From Eledone cirrhosa (taxonomy: Eukaryota), in contig OZ024750.1 in the NCBI GenBank assembly GCA_964016885.1, positions 15,066,001-15,130,000 on the forward strand: a stretch of 64,000 nucleotides of DNA, in the 5' to 3' direction. This document shows positions 1-15,260 of the stretch, in pieces; position 1 is the stretch's first letter; every line of letters starts with the position of its first letter. The position numbers were made by a program, and so were the translations under genes. The notes beneath the pieces were generated by a model. That model was given only the letters and a program-made list of their open reading frames with translations, was not told the origin of the DNA and did not search any database.

Positions 1-250
1 CTGGCAAACACTCATATGATGACATTCATTTAACAGACAATAAATCTATCTGTAGAGAGTCACGATAAAAATAACCAAGCTACGGTAACTGCAATTACTA
101 TGCTGCTCAGAAGAGCATGTACATGATATAGAGGTTGGTGATCATATTATAATCTTAAAAAACTGACAACCAGGAGAACATAAATTAAATTCTGATTACA
201 GATCGGTTCGGGTTACATCCCCAGTTAGGTTGAATATATTTATGTGAACT
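1..250 (+). pseudogene. Possible Gypsy-type LTR retrotransposon integrase C-terminal remnant
   Basis: Frameshifted translation 'HDIEVGDHIIILKN*QPGEHKLNSDYRSVRVT' resembles the 'DI.VGD.V.....KL...F' integrase tail. Heavily decayed. Confidence 0.3.
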
Positions 251-682
251 TTTTCTGACATTAAGCTTGCAACACTTGAAAAGGTTTGAAAGTGAAACAA
301 GTCAGAAGAATCAACTGAGTGAAATGATATAACCCGTAAAACAATATCTGTTGGAATAGATAGAAACATCAAAAAGTAAATAGTGTTAATGACAATAACA
401 GTATATTTCAAGATTGTGAACCTGATTAGGAATCCACTGAACTACGATGTAGCTTTTATAAGATAACATGGGTAAAGAAGTATGTAGCAGCAGGAATTAG
501 ATGGAAATTCATTATAACATTGCATGTTTTATACACATACACGCACGGCTTCAACCCCGGTTTTTGATTATGAAAAATAGTGTATCAAGTTGGGCATAAG
601 AGTCCCTTGAGACTAACGTATAGACCACCTTGTGTGTGGGAGTCGAACTCATAATGCCGTATATGAATATGAAACAACCAGT

Positions 683-2165
<1,483 letters not shown>

Positions 2166-2285
2166 ATAAAATAAAAAACGGAGTCAAACACTCACATTAA
2201 TCCCCTGTAATTTAATGAGCTCAAGGATAGATACCGGGCCTTTCATAAGACAGTATATAGTGAAAAATACACGTTCCTCTTGGTG

Positions 2286-2319
<34 letters not shown>

Positions 2320-2384
2320 CCCCAGCTTGGCCTCAGCCGGATGGCTGGAACAGGTAAAAGAGTAAAATAGTAAAAAAAACAACA

Positions 2385-2416
<32 letters not shown>

Positions 2417-5285
2417 AAATTCATTATCGCGTTGTATGCTTTATACGTTAACATAGTAGATCATTTGACTCAAATTAATGGTCACATGACTAATGCCACC
2501 TGATCGATGTGAGGGAAACTTGGTTCTTTAGTTGTATGTCTCTTCAAAGGATAAAGGACAGTTTCAATTAGATAAGTCCTTTGTTATGGGAATTTATGTT
2601 GAAAGTGTTGATTAAAGCAGATGTGTTAGATAGTCAGAGAATATGCTTTGTGGTATGTGTTCTGGCACTGAGAATGTAACATTCTCAGTTCAAATCCGAC
2701 CGTGCTCTAACTTGCCTTTTCTTTTTCCTGTTTCGATAATATAAAATACCAGTCAAGTTCCTGTGTAAATGTAATTGACATTGTTCCGACCAAAGTTGCT
2801 GGCTTAGAAACCGTTATTGTTTTAGATTAAATAAAGAGAATCATTATAAAATCATAATATTTATGACTAGAAAGTCTTAGATCATAGGTCTGATCAATCA
2901 GGTCTCACCTAGTGCTAAATAAAACCAACTAATGTTCAACAAATAATTTCCGGGACGTATATCAGGGGTTACTGGAAACTGCAAAATCAATGTCTCTCCC
3001 GGAAGTAAATTTTCGGTTCTCTAAATGAACATCGAAATTGATTCTCAACCTCTGCTTATCAGGAACTTATCGTGGAACTCAGCAGAACAGAATGATGGTT
3101 AATAACCTTGTTGTGTTATTGACAGTTGAGTGTTTCGATGAGTTGAAATAGTTATTAGAAAAATTAATGATAGAGTCGGTGGCAAATATATGCAATTTCG
3201 TTTGGACAAAAGCACGGGAATTGAACTCTATACCAATAATCTATCACAAATTCCACCAAGAATAAGACTGTTTACAATAATTTATTATTCCATCTTGATG
3301 TGGTTAGTTTAGTTAGCTATTGAGTTTGAAATGTCTCGATACCGAAATGATATACTTTTAGAAATATTTGATATTTTAGTAAACGTTTAATTGGGCTTAA
3401 GATGTATTTGTCAGTCAGAATATAAAGAAGCCATGTCGAAATGTCAACTTCCCGAAGAAAGCACTCTTTACTAGTAGTCACTTATATTTACATTTTACAT
3501 AATAATCACAATGTGTAAACTCATTGGTTTATATAATTATTTTATTATGTGTACAATAATTGTATGAACAAGATGTCATATCTGAGAGATCGTTGCTGGT
3601 CTAGCAGATAAAAGGTCGGACAACTTGGCGAAAGGTTGATAGCTTATATTCTTTCATCAACAATGCCCTACGTTAATGGTCATCCCACTTCTCTACATCC
3701 CACTCGAGTTAGCTTTACGAAAATAACACATCGTTATAGTCAAGTGTTTTGATTAACTACAACATATATCTGACAAGTTGGTATAAAGCATTGACCTGAA
3801 CTTGTCTTTACGATTTAGTTAGAAAATATACTAGACCCATTCTTTGTTCATCACTTTTCTATTTTCATCACTTTTCTATTGTGCTAATTATTTCATAAGA
3901 TAACTATATAGATGCGTGACCTTGAATCATTTTCTTTTACGTTCATTCGTTGTTCCTCGTGTCAATTCCTTTTATGTTAATTTGTAGATTTTTCCTTCTT
4001 TTACGTTGCCAATAATTTTTATAGAAATAGCACCACATCTAATTCCCTTTCTTCATGAATGTAATGCGTCCTAATTATGTAAAACAGTAATATTGGGATC
4101 ATGACTTTCACAAAATATAATAATGTCTGTTTCAACACACGATTTCATATAAAGAATCTTGCAAAACGAATGCAAAAAAAAAAAAAAAGATTAAAAAATA
4201 CTAATTTGAATAAATTATCTTAATGTCATGTGTATTTCACTGAGTAAAAATTAAGACATTTTTATACGAAAGATGCAATTTTGGAGAAAATGTTGCTGAA
4301 AGAAAAGCTTTTGGGTTGGATTACAGGTATGTGCCAGAGGTTTAAGTATAGCTATAACTTACATCTGTATATAATACGAATTAGTTTCTTTTCTTTGTAA
4401 CTATAAATTTTCATTCAAATGCAATTATTGTTGATTTTAGCATACGATATTAATTTTTTGGATTATCTCAAGTTTCGTCTGCTAATATCCTGTTTACGAG
4501 CAACAAATGACCCTTGAGCTATAACTATACATTATAAATAGATCCAAAATGTTGATTTATTAATTGCAAGTGTGTGAATATATGTGTATTTACGTAGGTA
4601 GTTATGTAAAATGTGAAATGTGTAACTGTTTGGATAATTTACATGGAGGTATCAAATATTGTCTTAGTAACAGAGCATGCTTTTTACACTACAATTCAAG
4701 TTCTAATCTAAACATGTGAAATGAGAAGGTAATTGAAGGATAACAAAACTGCCACGAAAGGAAGACAAAATATGAAGATTTATTATTTCAGGATCATCCC
4801 TGCAGATATCTACTTGAAACTGTAAGAATGTGAACAATTTATAAAACATTTTGTGAATGTTAAGTTACGAAATATTAGGATATATTTAATGTAAAACTAA
4901 ATATATTATTCCAGAAGTAATTGGAGGAAACAAATATTTTAAACGATTGAAGATATGTATAGGGAACTAGTAAAATATATCCTTCCTGATTAGTGAAACC
5001 TAAATACTAGATAAAATTTATACACTCGTTTTCTACGTTGAATACGTAAGCGACTGATCATGGCCAAATACAAACAAACAAACAAACAAACAAACAAACA
5101 AACAAACAAACAAACAAACAACCAAAAACCCATAAAAATAGCAAAAACTGTCGAATTAGTATTTTGTGAAAAATGAATATAGTGTTGACATTGCTGTAAA
5201 AACATATTTAGGTGTTCATTCAAGAAATTAATGTTGTTTTCTCTAGAAATAAAATAGTTACTCAGTTTCTGAATCACAAATAACT

Positions 5286-5727
5286 TTCAATATCCATTCC
5301 AACCCTTACCTATGGTCATGAATCTTGGGTAATAACCGAAAGAACACGATCCCGAATACAAGCGGCCGAAATGGGGTTTCTTTGAAGGGTCTTTGGAATA
5401 ACGTTACTCGATAGATTGCGGAGATCAGAGAGTCGCTTCAGGTAGAGAGTTAATTTTCAGAATCGAGAGATCACAGCTCTGATATTACGGACATGTGGTT
5501 AGAACGTCTCAGGAAAGAATCACTGGACAGATTTTACGGCCAAAACCAACCAGTAGGAGACCCAGCGGTAGACACCGTGCAAGATATTTGGATAACATCC
5601 GTAAGTTCGGCAGGTCTCGCTTGAGGATCCAGTCAGATGAATTGGAGACAGTTGCTTCTGACAGGACCCGCTGGAAGAAGGGTTTGAGGACTCAGCCATC
5701 CGACCCTCTCAAAAGAAGAAGAAGAAT
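5286..5727 (+). mobile_element. RTE-clade LINE 3' remnant (Expander/Rex3-like C-terminus) with GAA tail
   Basis: Translation 'IPTLTYGHESWVITERTRSRIQAAEMGFL*RV...IERSQL*YYGHVVRTSQER...RRPSGRHRARYLDNI', with stops and frameshifts. Confidence 0.9.
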
Positions 5728-5784
5728 CTGTTAACATTGGGAATTTTGGTACTATTCATTGTTGTATATAACGTTAAATGTATT

Positions 5785-5960
5785 AAACCAGGAATAGGCA
5801 AAGGAGCGCTGGATAACATCCATGAGCTCAACTGGTCTCGCTTGGGGATCCAGCTGGATCAATTGAAGACGGTTGCTTCAGACATGACCCACTGGAAGGC
5901 CTGCTTGAGGACTTCTGAAGAAGAAGAAAAAGAAAAAGAAGAAGAAGAAGAAGAAGAAGA
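5785..5960 (+). mobile_element. Short 3' fragment of the same RTE family with (GAA)n tail
   Basis: 'ggataacatc...ggtctcgcttggggatccag...gttgcttcagac' matches 5590-5690. Confidence 0.85.
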
Positions 5961-7245
5961 TATAATTTTAGATTATTGAATGTGTCAATTAAGAAAAGTT
6001 GTGTCTTATAACCTACTGAAGATCACAACTACTTGGGAATATGTTACACATGATAATGACATGCCATTCGACCCAATATTTTAGATGCACCTCTAATAGC
6101 GACATTAACCATAACAATATATCGAGGTTAACTGAGCATTATAAAATTAGTAACCACTTATCCGTTGGCTACAGCTCAACCTATTATTATATATCTAAGG
6201 GCAATACTGCTCCCCTTTTATTTCTCTATAAAACGGTTAAAACTACATTACTTCAGGGTAATATTCTACTCTCATTGCAAAGAAATGTGTTTTTAATTGT
6301 AGTAAAAGAATGGGTTTCTAAGAAAAATAATCTGTTACTGTGTCAAACATAAAAAATTCGGCTTTCATACAATATTTCTTCATATTATTCCTCTGACATT
6401 TTCTGTTATATTTTATAACATTTTTTATATTAGAAGATTTGTTGGCTGCCTACTTGAAGATAGTCAAGGACATCAGTATACACACGCTGAACAAACTGAA
6501 CCTTTCTAATTATTGCATCTTAAATGGGCATTCAATTATTTTGTTTACTACTTTTTGAAAACAGACCATTTATTTATATTTTTGTTTTAGGTTGTTCATT
6601 TTTTGTGTTAGATATTTTGCCTTTATCTTTTTTTTTATCTAAAATATTGCAAGAAAAAAAAAAAAGCGTGCAGGAGAAAGAGAAACTAGATGAGAAACGG
6701 GGATAGGAAAGGAGAGAGAAAGAGGAGAGTGAGAGAGAGAGAGAGAGAGGAAGAGGGAGAGAGAGAGAGGGAGAGAGAAATAGAGAAGGTTTTCTGATAC
6801 ACTGTCAACGAAATTCACATAAAACAGTTCGTCGTCAGCCTGATCTGACACTGTTAGAATTTGCACACTTTCATGCCATAAGCTAAACACAGCCCACACT
6901 ACTGCTATAGACACAGTAGAAAATGTGTTCAAACGACATCTGTTTTAATAATAAGCCATTGCCGAGCTCACATCAAAGTAGACTGATGATCAATATATCG
7001 GTCCACGTGTTATCAAATAGCAATAATGCTTGTAAGCAAACATATAGAAGGTTTTCAGCAAATATTCTACAGCATTGTAAATAAGGAATACTTAATGTTA
7101 CTAATTTTCCTGGCTCCACAATTCTCTATTACGATCCATAAGCGAAAACAAGACATTTCTTTCTTTTGTCTCGATGGTTTGTTATGAGTAGTCCAATCAA
7201 CAGAGACTAAAATATTTTTTTCGAACGTGTAGTATTTCGGATTAA

Positions 7246-7290
<45 letters not shown>

Positions 7291-7534
7291 CACTAACACG
7301 CACACATACACACAAACACACACACACACATATATATAAATATACACACACATATACACACATACACACACACAAACACACACGCATACGCACACACACA
7401 TACATATATACACACACACAAACACACATACACGCACACATACACACGCAAACACGCACGCACAAACACACATACACTCACACGCACACAAACACACACA
7501 CAAACAGACATATACACACACATACATACACTCA

Positions 7535-7573
<39 letters not shown>

Positions 7574-7719
7574 AAACACATATATACATACACAAACACA
7601 CATATACACAAACACATACACATACATATATACACACACAAACACACACACACGCACACACATACACAAACATACACACACACAATACATGTTTCATTGT
7701 GGTTGACTGGATGATATAC

Positions 7720-7768
7720 ACGTCTTCTGATGAGGGTCCAATATGATCCGAAAATCAATTAAAGTTGT
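7720..7768 (+). ncRNA. Minimal type I hammerhead ribozyme motif
   Basis: Stem I ACGTCTT/AAGTTGT (1 mismatch, 1 wobble), core CTGATGA at 7727-7733, stem II GGGTC/GATCC, GAAA, stem III AAT-ca-ATT, cleavage triplet UUA (A7761). Confidence 0.7.
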
Positions 7769-7845
7769 TTATTCATTTTTTTATTTATTTACGGGGAAAT
7801 TCATATTTTCTGTCATATTTGATCCGTGTATATGTTTATACGTGT

Positions 7846-8128
7846 GGAGGCACGTGGCCTAGTGGTAAGGGTGTTCGACTTACGATCATAATGTCGTGGG
7901 TTCGATTCCTGGGTTGCGTGTTGGGTTCTTGAGCAAAACACTTCATTTCACGTTGCTCCAGTATACTCAGCTGAAAATGAGTACCAGCAATAGCTGGGGG
8001 TTTAACCCTGCGATGGAGTGACGTCCTGTCCAGGGGGTAGTTTTGTACTCTCAGTCGCTTCACGCTATGAAACCGGGATAAGCACCGGCCAAATGAGCCT
8101 TCTGGCTTAAGACAGACTTTAGACTTTT
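7846..8128 (+). mobile_element. tRNA-derived SINE with Meta domain (MetaSINE-like)
   Basis: A box TGGCCTAGTGG and B box GGTTCGATTCC. Central 'cctgcgatgga...tccagggggtag...tcgcttcacgctatgaaaccgggataag' block, then AGACTTT tail repeats. Decayed ~16 bp TSD (atatgtttatacgtgt / atatatttatacacgt). Confidence 0.85.
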
Positions 8129-8181
8129 AGATATATTTATACACGTTAGTGTAGTCTCGGTTATACACTGTAGTTATAACC

Positions 8182-8360
8182 CCTATTGTTCCCCTGACAC
8201 ACCTCTCATATGGGACCCCTAGCACGCTTGTTGTTGGCAACAAGGTCACATCTCTCCTAAGTCCCCAGCAAGGTGATCTACTCGGTTCACTCATCTTTCC
8301 GCTGGTTGTCGATCACATTACAGATGGGATAATTATCTTCTCATTCGATTTGTATCTGGT
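8182..8360 (+). mobile_element. CRE-like non-LTR retrotransposon reverse transcriptase fragment
   Basis: 'PLTHLSYGTPSTLVVGNKVTSLLSPQQGDLLGSLIFPLVVD' resembles the 'Y..PS.L..G...I.S..GVQQGDPLGP.LF.L' RT motif. Confidence 0.65.
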
Positions 8361-8937
8361 TTACATAGAACACAAAACTATGATATACCAAATTAATATA
8401 TATTTGGAATTAAAAAATCGGTTCTATAATATTTTTACTTGATATGCTGGATCGGTTCTATAATATTTTTACTTGATATGCTGGGATGGTTTAATAAAAC
8501 TTACTTTGAAGTTTGACGTTTCTTATATTCGGATCTGAAATCAAATGCTGTTGGATGGATTTACAATATATAATTTAGTGTGACATTACAGTAACTGGAA
8601 CATACTGAGGATAGTTGAAGCAAATGCACTACTTTACCTTTGTAATCATTTCGGATCAAATAAATCATAAGCAATATTACGCTTAAGGAGAGTGATAGAT
8701 TGGTAGCATTTTTAGAGCCTTAGATAAAGTGCCATCATCTTATTTGTTCCGTTTTTTTTTTTACATTCTGAGTTCAAATCATGTCACGGTCAACTTTGAC
8801 TATCATCCTCCCGGGGTCAGAATTAGTATTCGATATTAGACCCCTTAAAGCACGAGATTAAGCAACTAGTGAACTAAAACTACTTTCCAGTTTCAATTCC
8901 CTCACTAAGTTTATTTCTGAACATGCAAGTTTATATT

Positions 8938-9123
8938 GTGTGGATTGGCAGTATCGGTAGAGGGTCGGACGCCATGCTTTTCAGCATAGTTACGCCCCTT
9001 TATGATCTGAGTTCAAATCCCGCCGAGGTTAACTTTGCCTTTCATCCTTACGGGGTCGATAAAATAAAGTACCAGTAATGCACTGGGATAATTGCTGGCC
9101 TTGTGCCAAAAGTAGAAACAATT
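8938..9123 (+). mobile_element. tRNA-derived SINE with Nin/Deu-like domain (dominant family, full copy)
   Basis: Head 'gtggattggcagtatcggtagag', B box GTTCAAATCC, body 'ctttgcctttcatccttacggggtcgataaaataaagtaccag', 3' end 'agaaacaatt'. Confidence 0.9.
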
Positions 9124-9968
9124 GTAAGGGAAAGAAATGGAAGGTTTATTTTCCTCAATAATACTAAAAGTATAAGGTGTATGATAAGGCTTTAAACCTG
9201 AATTAAAGCCACTGTGCAATCAGGGAATTCACCCTTCCTCTGCACATATATATGTGTATTGGTTATTGAAATCGGTGACCGAGTCTTTATTGAATTATGC
9301 ATGTTATGTTCTAAGCAGCTATCAGTAAAATACAGGTTTACTTAGTAGTACAAACACATACAACCAGCTTTGTAATAGAATATTACTAAATGTTCTCTGA
9401 TATGAATAAGCACAAACTTGGAGTACAGCATTATGTAGAGAGAATATTAAATATCATAATTATACAAGAGCAAGCTGAAATGTGGTCAGTTCTAGTTACA
9501 AATATGATGAAATGTGTCATGTTTCCTACTAGTTAATTATACGATTGTTATCGGACTTTTCAGAATAAAGGAGACATTTTATTGATCTCATTTTGTTCTT
9601 TTATTATTATACGAAATCCTCTCGTATATTTTCCACTATATCATTTTGACTTCAAATATCAAAACGAAAAGTATGATATATTGAGATACAATGGTAATTT
9701 ATTTACAGATAATTAATGGCACCTGTAATGAAATGAAAAGTCTTGCTATTCTGGTAATGTTTGACTATATACACATTGCCGATATTAGTCAAGAATGAAC
9801 ATTTGCAAGTAGACTCGACATCCTTGGTTTGCTTTCTGGAAGCCTATTTATTTTTCACTTCATTCAATTCCCTTTCTGATGTTTAGTTGTTATAGTTACA
9901 TATATTATATTTATGAAATAAATTTTAAATAAAAGTATGAATTGAAATATCAAGAATTTAGAAAATAT

Positions 9969-10157
9969 AATTGTTTCTACTTTAGGCACAAGGCCAGCAA
10001 TTACCCAGTGCATTACTGGTACTTTATTTTATCGACCCCGTAAGGATGAAAGGCAAAGTCAACCTCGGCGGGATTTGAACTCAGATCATAAAGGGGCGTA
10101 ACTATGCTGAAAAGCATGGCGTCCGACCATCTACCGATACTGCCAATCCACCGCCCT
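9969..10157 (-). mobile_element. Nin/Deu-like SINE, full copy
   Basis: Reverse complement of the 8938 copy. Confidence 0.9.
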
Positions 10158-10232
10158 CGAAACCATGTATCACGTAGCAACTAAAACAAATATTTTTAGG
10201 GTACTCATTGTTGTATATAGCATTAAATGTAT

Positions 10233-10460
10233 TGAAACAGGAATAGGGAAAGGACCGCTGGATAACATCAATGAACTCAACTGATCTCGCTTGGGGATCC
10301 AGCTGGATCAATTGAAGATGGTTGCTTCAGACAGCTTTCACTGGAAGACGTGCTTGAGGGCACTGCTCCCACGACCTTCTCAGGAATAAGTGGACGAAGA
10401 AAAAGAAGAAGCAGAAGAAGAAGAAGAAGAAGAAGAAGAAGAAGAAGAAGAAGAAGAAGA
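10233..10460 (+). mobile_element. Short 3' fragment of the same RTE family with (GAA)n tail
   Basis: Closely matches 5785-5960 and ends in about 60 nt of GAA repeats. Confidence 0.85.
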
Positions 10461-11100
10461 TATGGGGGACCCTGTTAAATATTGATTCATATCTTACAAA
10501 ATATTACTAACAAGAACTAAATTGTAGTTGTTATATGAATAAAAACTAATAGACTATACAAACATCCAATAAGTACAGCAGGTCCTATTGCCATAAATAA
10601 ACTCAGCAATCGTGTGATCGCTGTCATCTTTACAAAAAGCATATGGGACATCCATACTTCGGAAATCAAAACAGTTCAAAAGGATTAGAAAACCACTCAC
10701 TTTTAATTTGAAGTGTAGATATTTCAACATATTTAAAATCTGAGAACATACTGCTTCATATCAGAATTAAATGCATTAGAAGAATTAAAAGTATATACAG
10801 ACAAAATGCATATACTGCGCATATACTAATTGAAAATAGAACATTGATGAAGAAATGAAGAAACCTATATTTCAATTGTACACAATAAAATCTAGTGTAT
10901 TTATTCTGTTGAAGATATTAATTGCCTTAAGAGAATGAAAGAAGAAATATTCAAACGGAATCCAAATAAGTAAAAGAACGGCTCATCTGTTATATACATT
11001 TCTAGATTTAATGCAGCTTTAAGTCGCCTACTGGTAGAACATGAGGCTACAACATCCACATACATTTTGTGTATACACACGCACACACTAACACACACAA

Positions 11101-11188
<88 letters not shown>

Positions 11189-11244
11189 ACGTATATTTAT
11201 ATATATACAGGATGTGATATATATATTTATATCAGAAAGAGTGT

Positions 11245-11395
11245 GGTAAAATACCAGGTGGACCATAAACCACCAAAGTACTCGATACTTGGGGAAGCAG
11301 AGTGGATAATATGAAAAGATTCAGGACCCCATGGCTGAGCTCCGGCGGTGACGACAGCTAGATCCGAACTAGTTCGGATCTAGCTGTTGTCACGT
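11245..11395 (-). mobile_element. (TA)n-embedded fold-back element, family A
   Basis: Shares the 'gtggtaa...ccaggtggaccataa...agtactc' tail and the 'gacagctagatccgaactagttcggatctagctgt' palindrome with the 37455 copy. Confidence 0.8.
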
Positions 11396-11396
11396 G

Positions 11397-11447
<51 letters not shown>

Positions 11448-13034
11448 GTTTCCATGTTTTTACTCTCTGACAATGAAATATTCTGTAGTGCTATATCTCT
11501 CTTCCACATTTTATATTTTTTACGGAGATGTCTGAACTCCAAAATTTCGTTTTTGTGCTAAAAGAACAAACAAACATTTTAATGTCCTATAAGATTGTGT
11601 TTTTGTTTGTCAAATTGTGAGTTTATAAGTATGTCTATGTTTGTTGTCCTTTTTCTCTTTAACTTCGTCTTAAATATGTTTCCATGTTTTTAAAAACATA
11701 GTAGTGTGGTATACGCTTTCATGACCTCTCAGTCCCTCCAGATTTAGCTGTATTGCATTGAACACATAATAAACAAGCTAAAGTGGATATCTGCTAAACA
11801 TTTGTATACAGTAAAGATATCTAGATTTCGAGACTTGATTTCTCGGTTGATCTTTCGGAAAACATTTTTTCTTAAAAGAAAAATAGACCAAAGAAGAACT
11901 GGTTATCCATCTGACGCAAACATGTATATACTGTAAAGATATCTAACAAGGAGACTTGATTTCTCGGAAAAACATTTTACGAAAATATGTTTTTCGACAA
12001 GCAAACAAGAAGTGGCTATCTCCATGACGCAAACATAGTCAAATCATCTAATTTATTTTCCGGAGTTATGTTCCAGGAATCCGTCGAAGACAAATAATAT
12101 CAATAATAATGAATAGAATATATTTAATTATCAGTTTTATTTTCGGTATATTCTTTGATGTATTTAAATGAGTTGTTTATATATTCAATTCCACTTATGA
12201 TTATATTAATAAAAAAACAACTTCATCTTGGAAATTGTGGAACAGTTAATATATACTTAGTTACTTTAAACGAATATTGATATATTGCCATGTCTACGAC
12301 ATTGCACGAAACGTATAATAACTTTTTAAATCAATATACTTGCAAATTAATTAGAAATATTGATTTTTTAAAGGGTAGGGGGTATAGTTTATGTATGTAT
12401 TCAAGCTGCTCGTTTAAAAGAAACTGCTGAATATAAATCTAACGTCCACAATTTATCAGTGTGGCGCAACTAAGAAGTGTCTAATTATAAGCTCTATTCG
12501 TTTTATTTATTGTGTTTTAATAAGTAGATAGTAATTTGTAGCAAAAGGGAACACAAGAAAATGACATATAATTAGCAGCACTAGAATACAAGTCTGATTG
12601 ACGATATTGACGAAGAAATACGATATAGTCATATATGATATACAATGTTTTATCATTTTAATTGTAAAATGTGTGTCCAACGCCAAAATGGAAACCATTT
12701 TAGAAATGAAAATAACATTTATGACCTTGCCAAGACAGAAAAACAAACAAACAAAATATTAATAATAATTAACATTCGTATTCATTAATTACCAAATATA
12801 TCTTTAATTACCAATGGTATAGAATACTAATTATCAATTGTTCATTGATCCAATTTTTTCTATTTTTATATATATTTTCTATTGTAATTTGTGCATAATA
12901 CCGTAGCTGGTTACTAGTTTCAAGCATACTAACCATTGTTACACTACACTTTTCATGGTAAGAGTGACAAGGGAATAACTTTAAATTGATGGGGGTCAAA
13001 ATGTCAAAGAACTTAATTTACACAAATGTACGTA

Positions 13035-13145
13035 ATTTCATAGGCTGATAAAGATAATCTCATGGAATGTGACCAAATGAGTTTTATTTTTCAATATAGT
13101 CTCCCCTGCGGTCCGCCTACTTCTTCCATTGGTGTTGCACAGCTG
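13035..13145 (+). mobile_element. Mariner-like DNA transposon terminal remnant
   Basis: 'ttcataggctga...ctcatggaatgtgaccaaatgag...tttttcaatatagtctcccctgcggtcc' resembles a mariner subterminal sequence (recalled, not searched). Confidence 0.5.
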
Positions 13146-13326
13146 AAGTGGGTTTGAATTAACCACCCACAGGCTGGCAAAACAATACTCTTACAAAGTT
13201 TACCGTTTCCCTAATAATACATAAAACAATTGTTTTTACCAAAAATAAATCAATATTTCTCTCTCTCTCTTTATATATATATATATATACATATATATAA
13301 ATAAATATATTCATAGACACACACAC

Positions 13327-13414
<88 letters not shown>

Positions 13415-13452
13415 GTATATATAAATATATTCATACACACATATATATTCAT

Positions 13453-13514
<62 letters not shown>

Positions 13515-13865
13515 TATGTATATATAAACCCTCAGAATTTGCATCGATGGTCCCATAACACTCAAGTCATATTGATTATATTGATACAGCCTCAACAAAC
13601 ATTCCAATCACCTTTTATATCACAATTCATGTTTGAAAACAAAGAATATATATGATAATAAATCTAGTAAAAGCATTCCATCAAAGAATACTGGGAAGCA
13701 AGATAAGGCAGGAGTACAAAGAATTGGGTTTTTCCCGCGGTGATTTCTGTTTAGAGAGATTTAGAAATAAAAATTATGTAAATGAATGTTATCGCTGAGA
13801 AATATAGTAATCAAAGGAATAACTCATGAATTCTAACAGATTATGGTGATAATTACAAATGGAGA

Positions 13866-13947
<82 letters not shown>

Positions 13948-13955
<8 letters not shown>

Positions 13956-14265
13956 TGCCCCCCTCGTTATCGAGTATGGCCATTGCATATATACCATTAT
14001 TAATAATTATTAATTAATTCTATCATGCAATGCCTGTGCGTGAAGATATTTTTTAAAGTGAGGAAAAACTGTGCACTGAGCCAATTCCACTCTCTGGGCG
14101 ACAGTAGCTATAAGCCGAAAAGAAGAAAAGATCAACATCATCGGTAACTACTGAGCCGCAGGTTTTATGTCGGAGTTATCCCAGTTTTCTGAGTTGCCTT
14201 CTCCTAGAAGAATGCCCTGACAAAGGCTAGGGGTCCTTCACTCCCTGTGGTTTAACCGCGCGGTA
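13948..14265 (-). mobile_element. Non-autonomous bipartite RTE-derived element (5' UTR piece joined to 3' end)
   Basis: The minus strand has an RTE-type 5' motif 'ctaggagaaggcaactc' and a 3' end 'atggccatactcgataacgagggg...cagcca' running into a simple repeat. Related copies at 16010 and 43810. Confidence 0.65.
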
Positions 14266-14436
14266 CATGTGTATAACATATTTACACACTTTTGGATGGC
14301 CGTTGACTCTTATGAGTTCTTTCGCCCTTTGTCAGGTTTTGATTTTTGTCTTGCAGGGTGTCCAAAATCACCCTCCACACCAATTAATACATACATACAT
14401 AGGCATATATATACATAATATATATATACATACATT

Positions 14437-14640
14437 CAGTGGCGGACTGCGTCTATAAATATTGGTTGCCAGGAGATGAAAGGGTGCCACCTACATATAT
14501 AATGCTATCATTTAATTTTTATAATAAATAACATTTTAATGGAAACAAAACAGTCCAATCAAATTTTTGCTGAAAAATATCTTACCTTCTCCAATAAAAT
14601 ATTATGCATTTTGCGAAATCCAGAGACTTTCAATAATGAC
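14437..14640 (+). mobile_element. DNA transposon (hAT-like) left end; second copy at 15375-15560
   Basis: Both copies begin CAGTGGCGGACT and share 'aaatattggttgc' and 'cagtccaatcaaatttttgc...gcgaaatccagagactttcaataatgacc'. Confidence 0.6.
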
Positions 14641-14641
14641 C

Positions 14642-15091
14642 AGAAGTCGACCCTAAATATTACTAATAGATTAGTAAAGCCATGAACATCTTTTAAAATT
14701 TGATTTTGAAAGTAGGTTTATAACTATCAATTTTCATTATACTTTCGTAGCTGTCTCGGTGGCCTAGTTGGAGAGATCTTAGACTGTGGTAATCCTGGTC
14801 TGAAGTTCCATCCTGGTCGGGACTAGGGTTCCCGGTAAGCCTTTTCAGTTGTTTTATCTATGGGATGTAAAATAAAAACAAAAAAAAAGCTTACATTTGC
14901 CTCTTGACAAGGATTGAACCCAAGACCCACCATTCGGTCACTGCACCCACCATTCGGCCACTGAAACAACTACGAAAATCTACGGAAAATTCATACTTAT
15001 AAACCTACTTTCAAAATTTTCAATACAAAAAAACGTGTGGTGTCGTTCATATCTTTCTTAATGTTATTGCTCCTACTTAAGGTCGACTTCT
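14642..15091. mobile_element. Fold-back element with long imperfect inverted arms, each containing a tRNA-like head
   Basis: Ends are AGAAGTCGACC and GGTCGACTTCT. Arms share 'ttttgaaagtaggtttataa' and 'tttcgtag.tgt.tc.gtggcc'. Confidence 0.7.
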
Positions 15092-15204
15092 AAATCATTT
15101 GGGTGTTCCATAAACTACATCCTCGTTTTGTTTCACATCTATCTAGATTACATTTTACCCTGCAATCCATGTTTCATTTCTGTTCCACCACATTTATCCC
15201 CCCC

Positions 15205-15260
<56 letters not shown>

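Noticed and set aside
7846-7915. Possible tRNA genes at SINE heads (also 22435, 26472)
   Set aside because: They continue into SINE bodies and lack a complete cloverleaf.
8417-8485. Short local tandem duplications (also 27551-27605, 34899-34955, 46160-46240, 11800-12035)
   Set aside because: Ordinary slippage duplications with no further structure.
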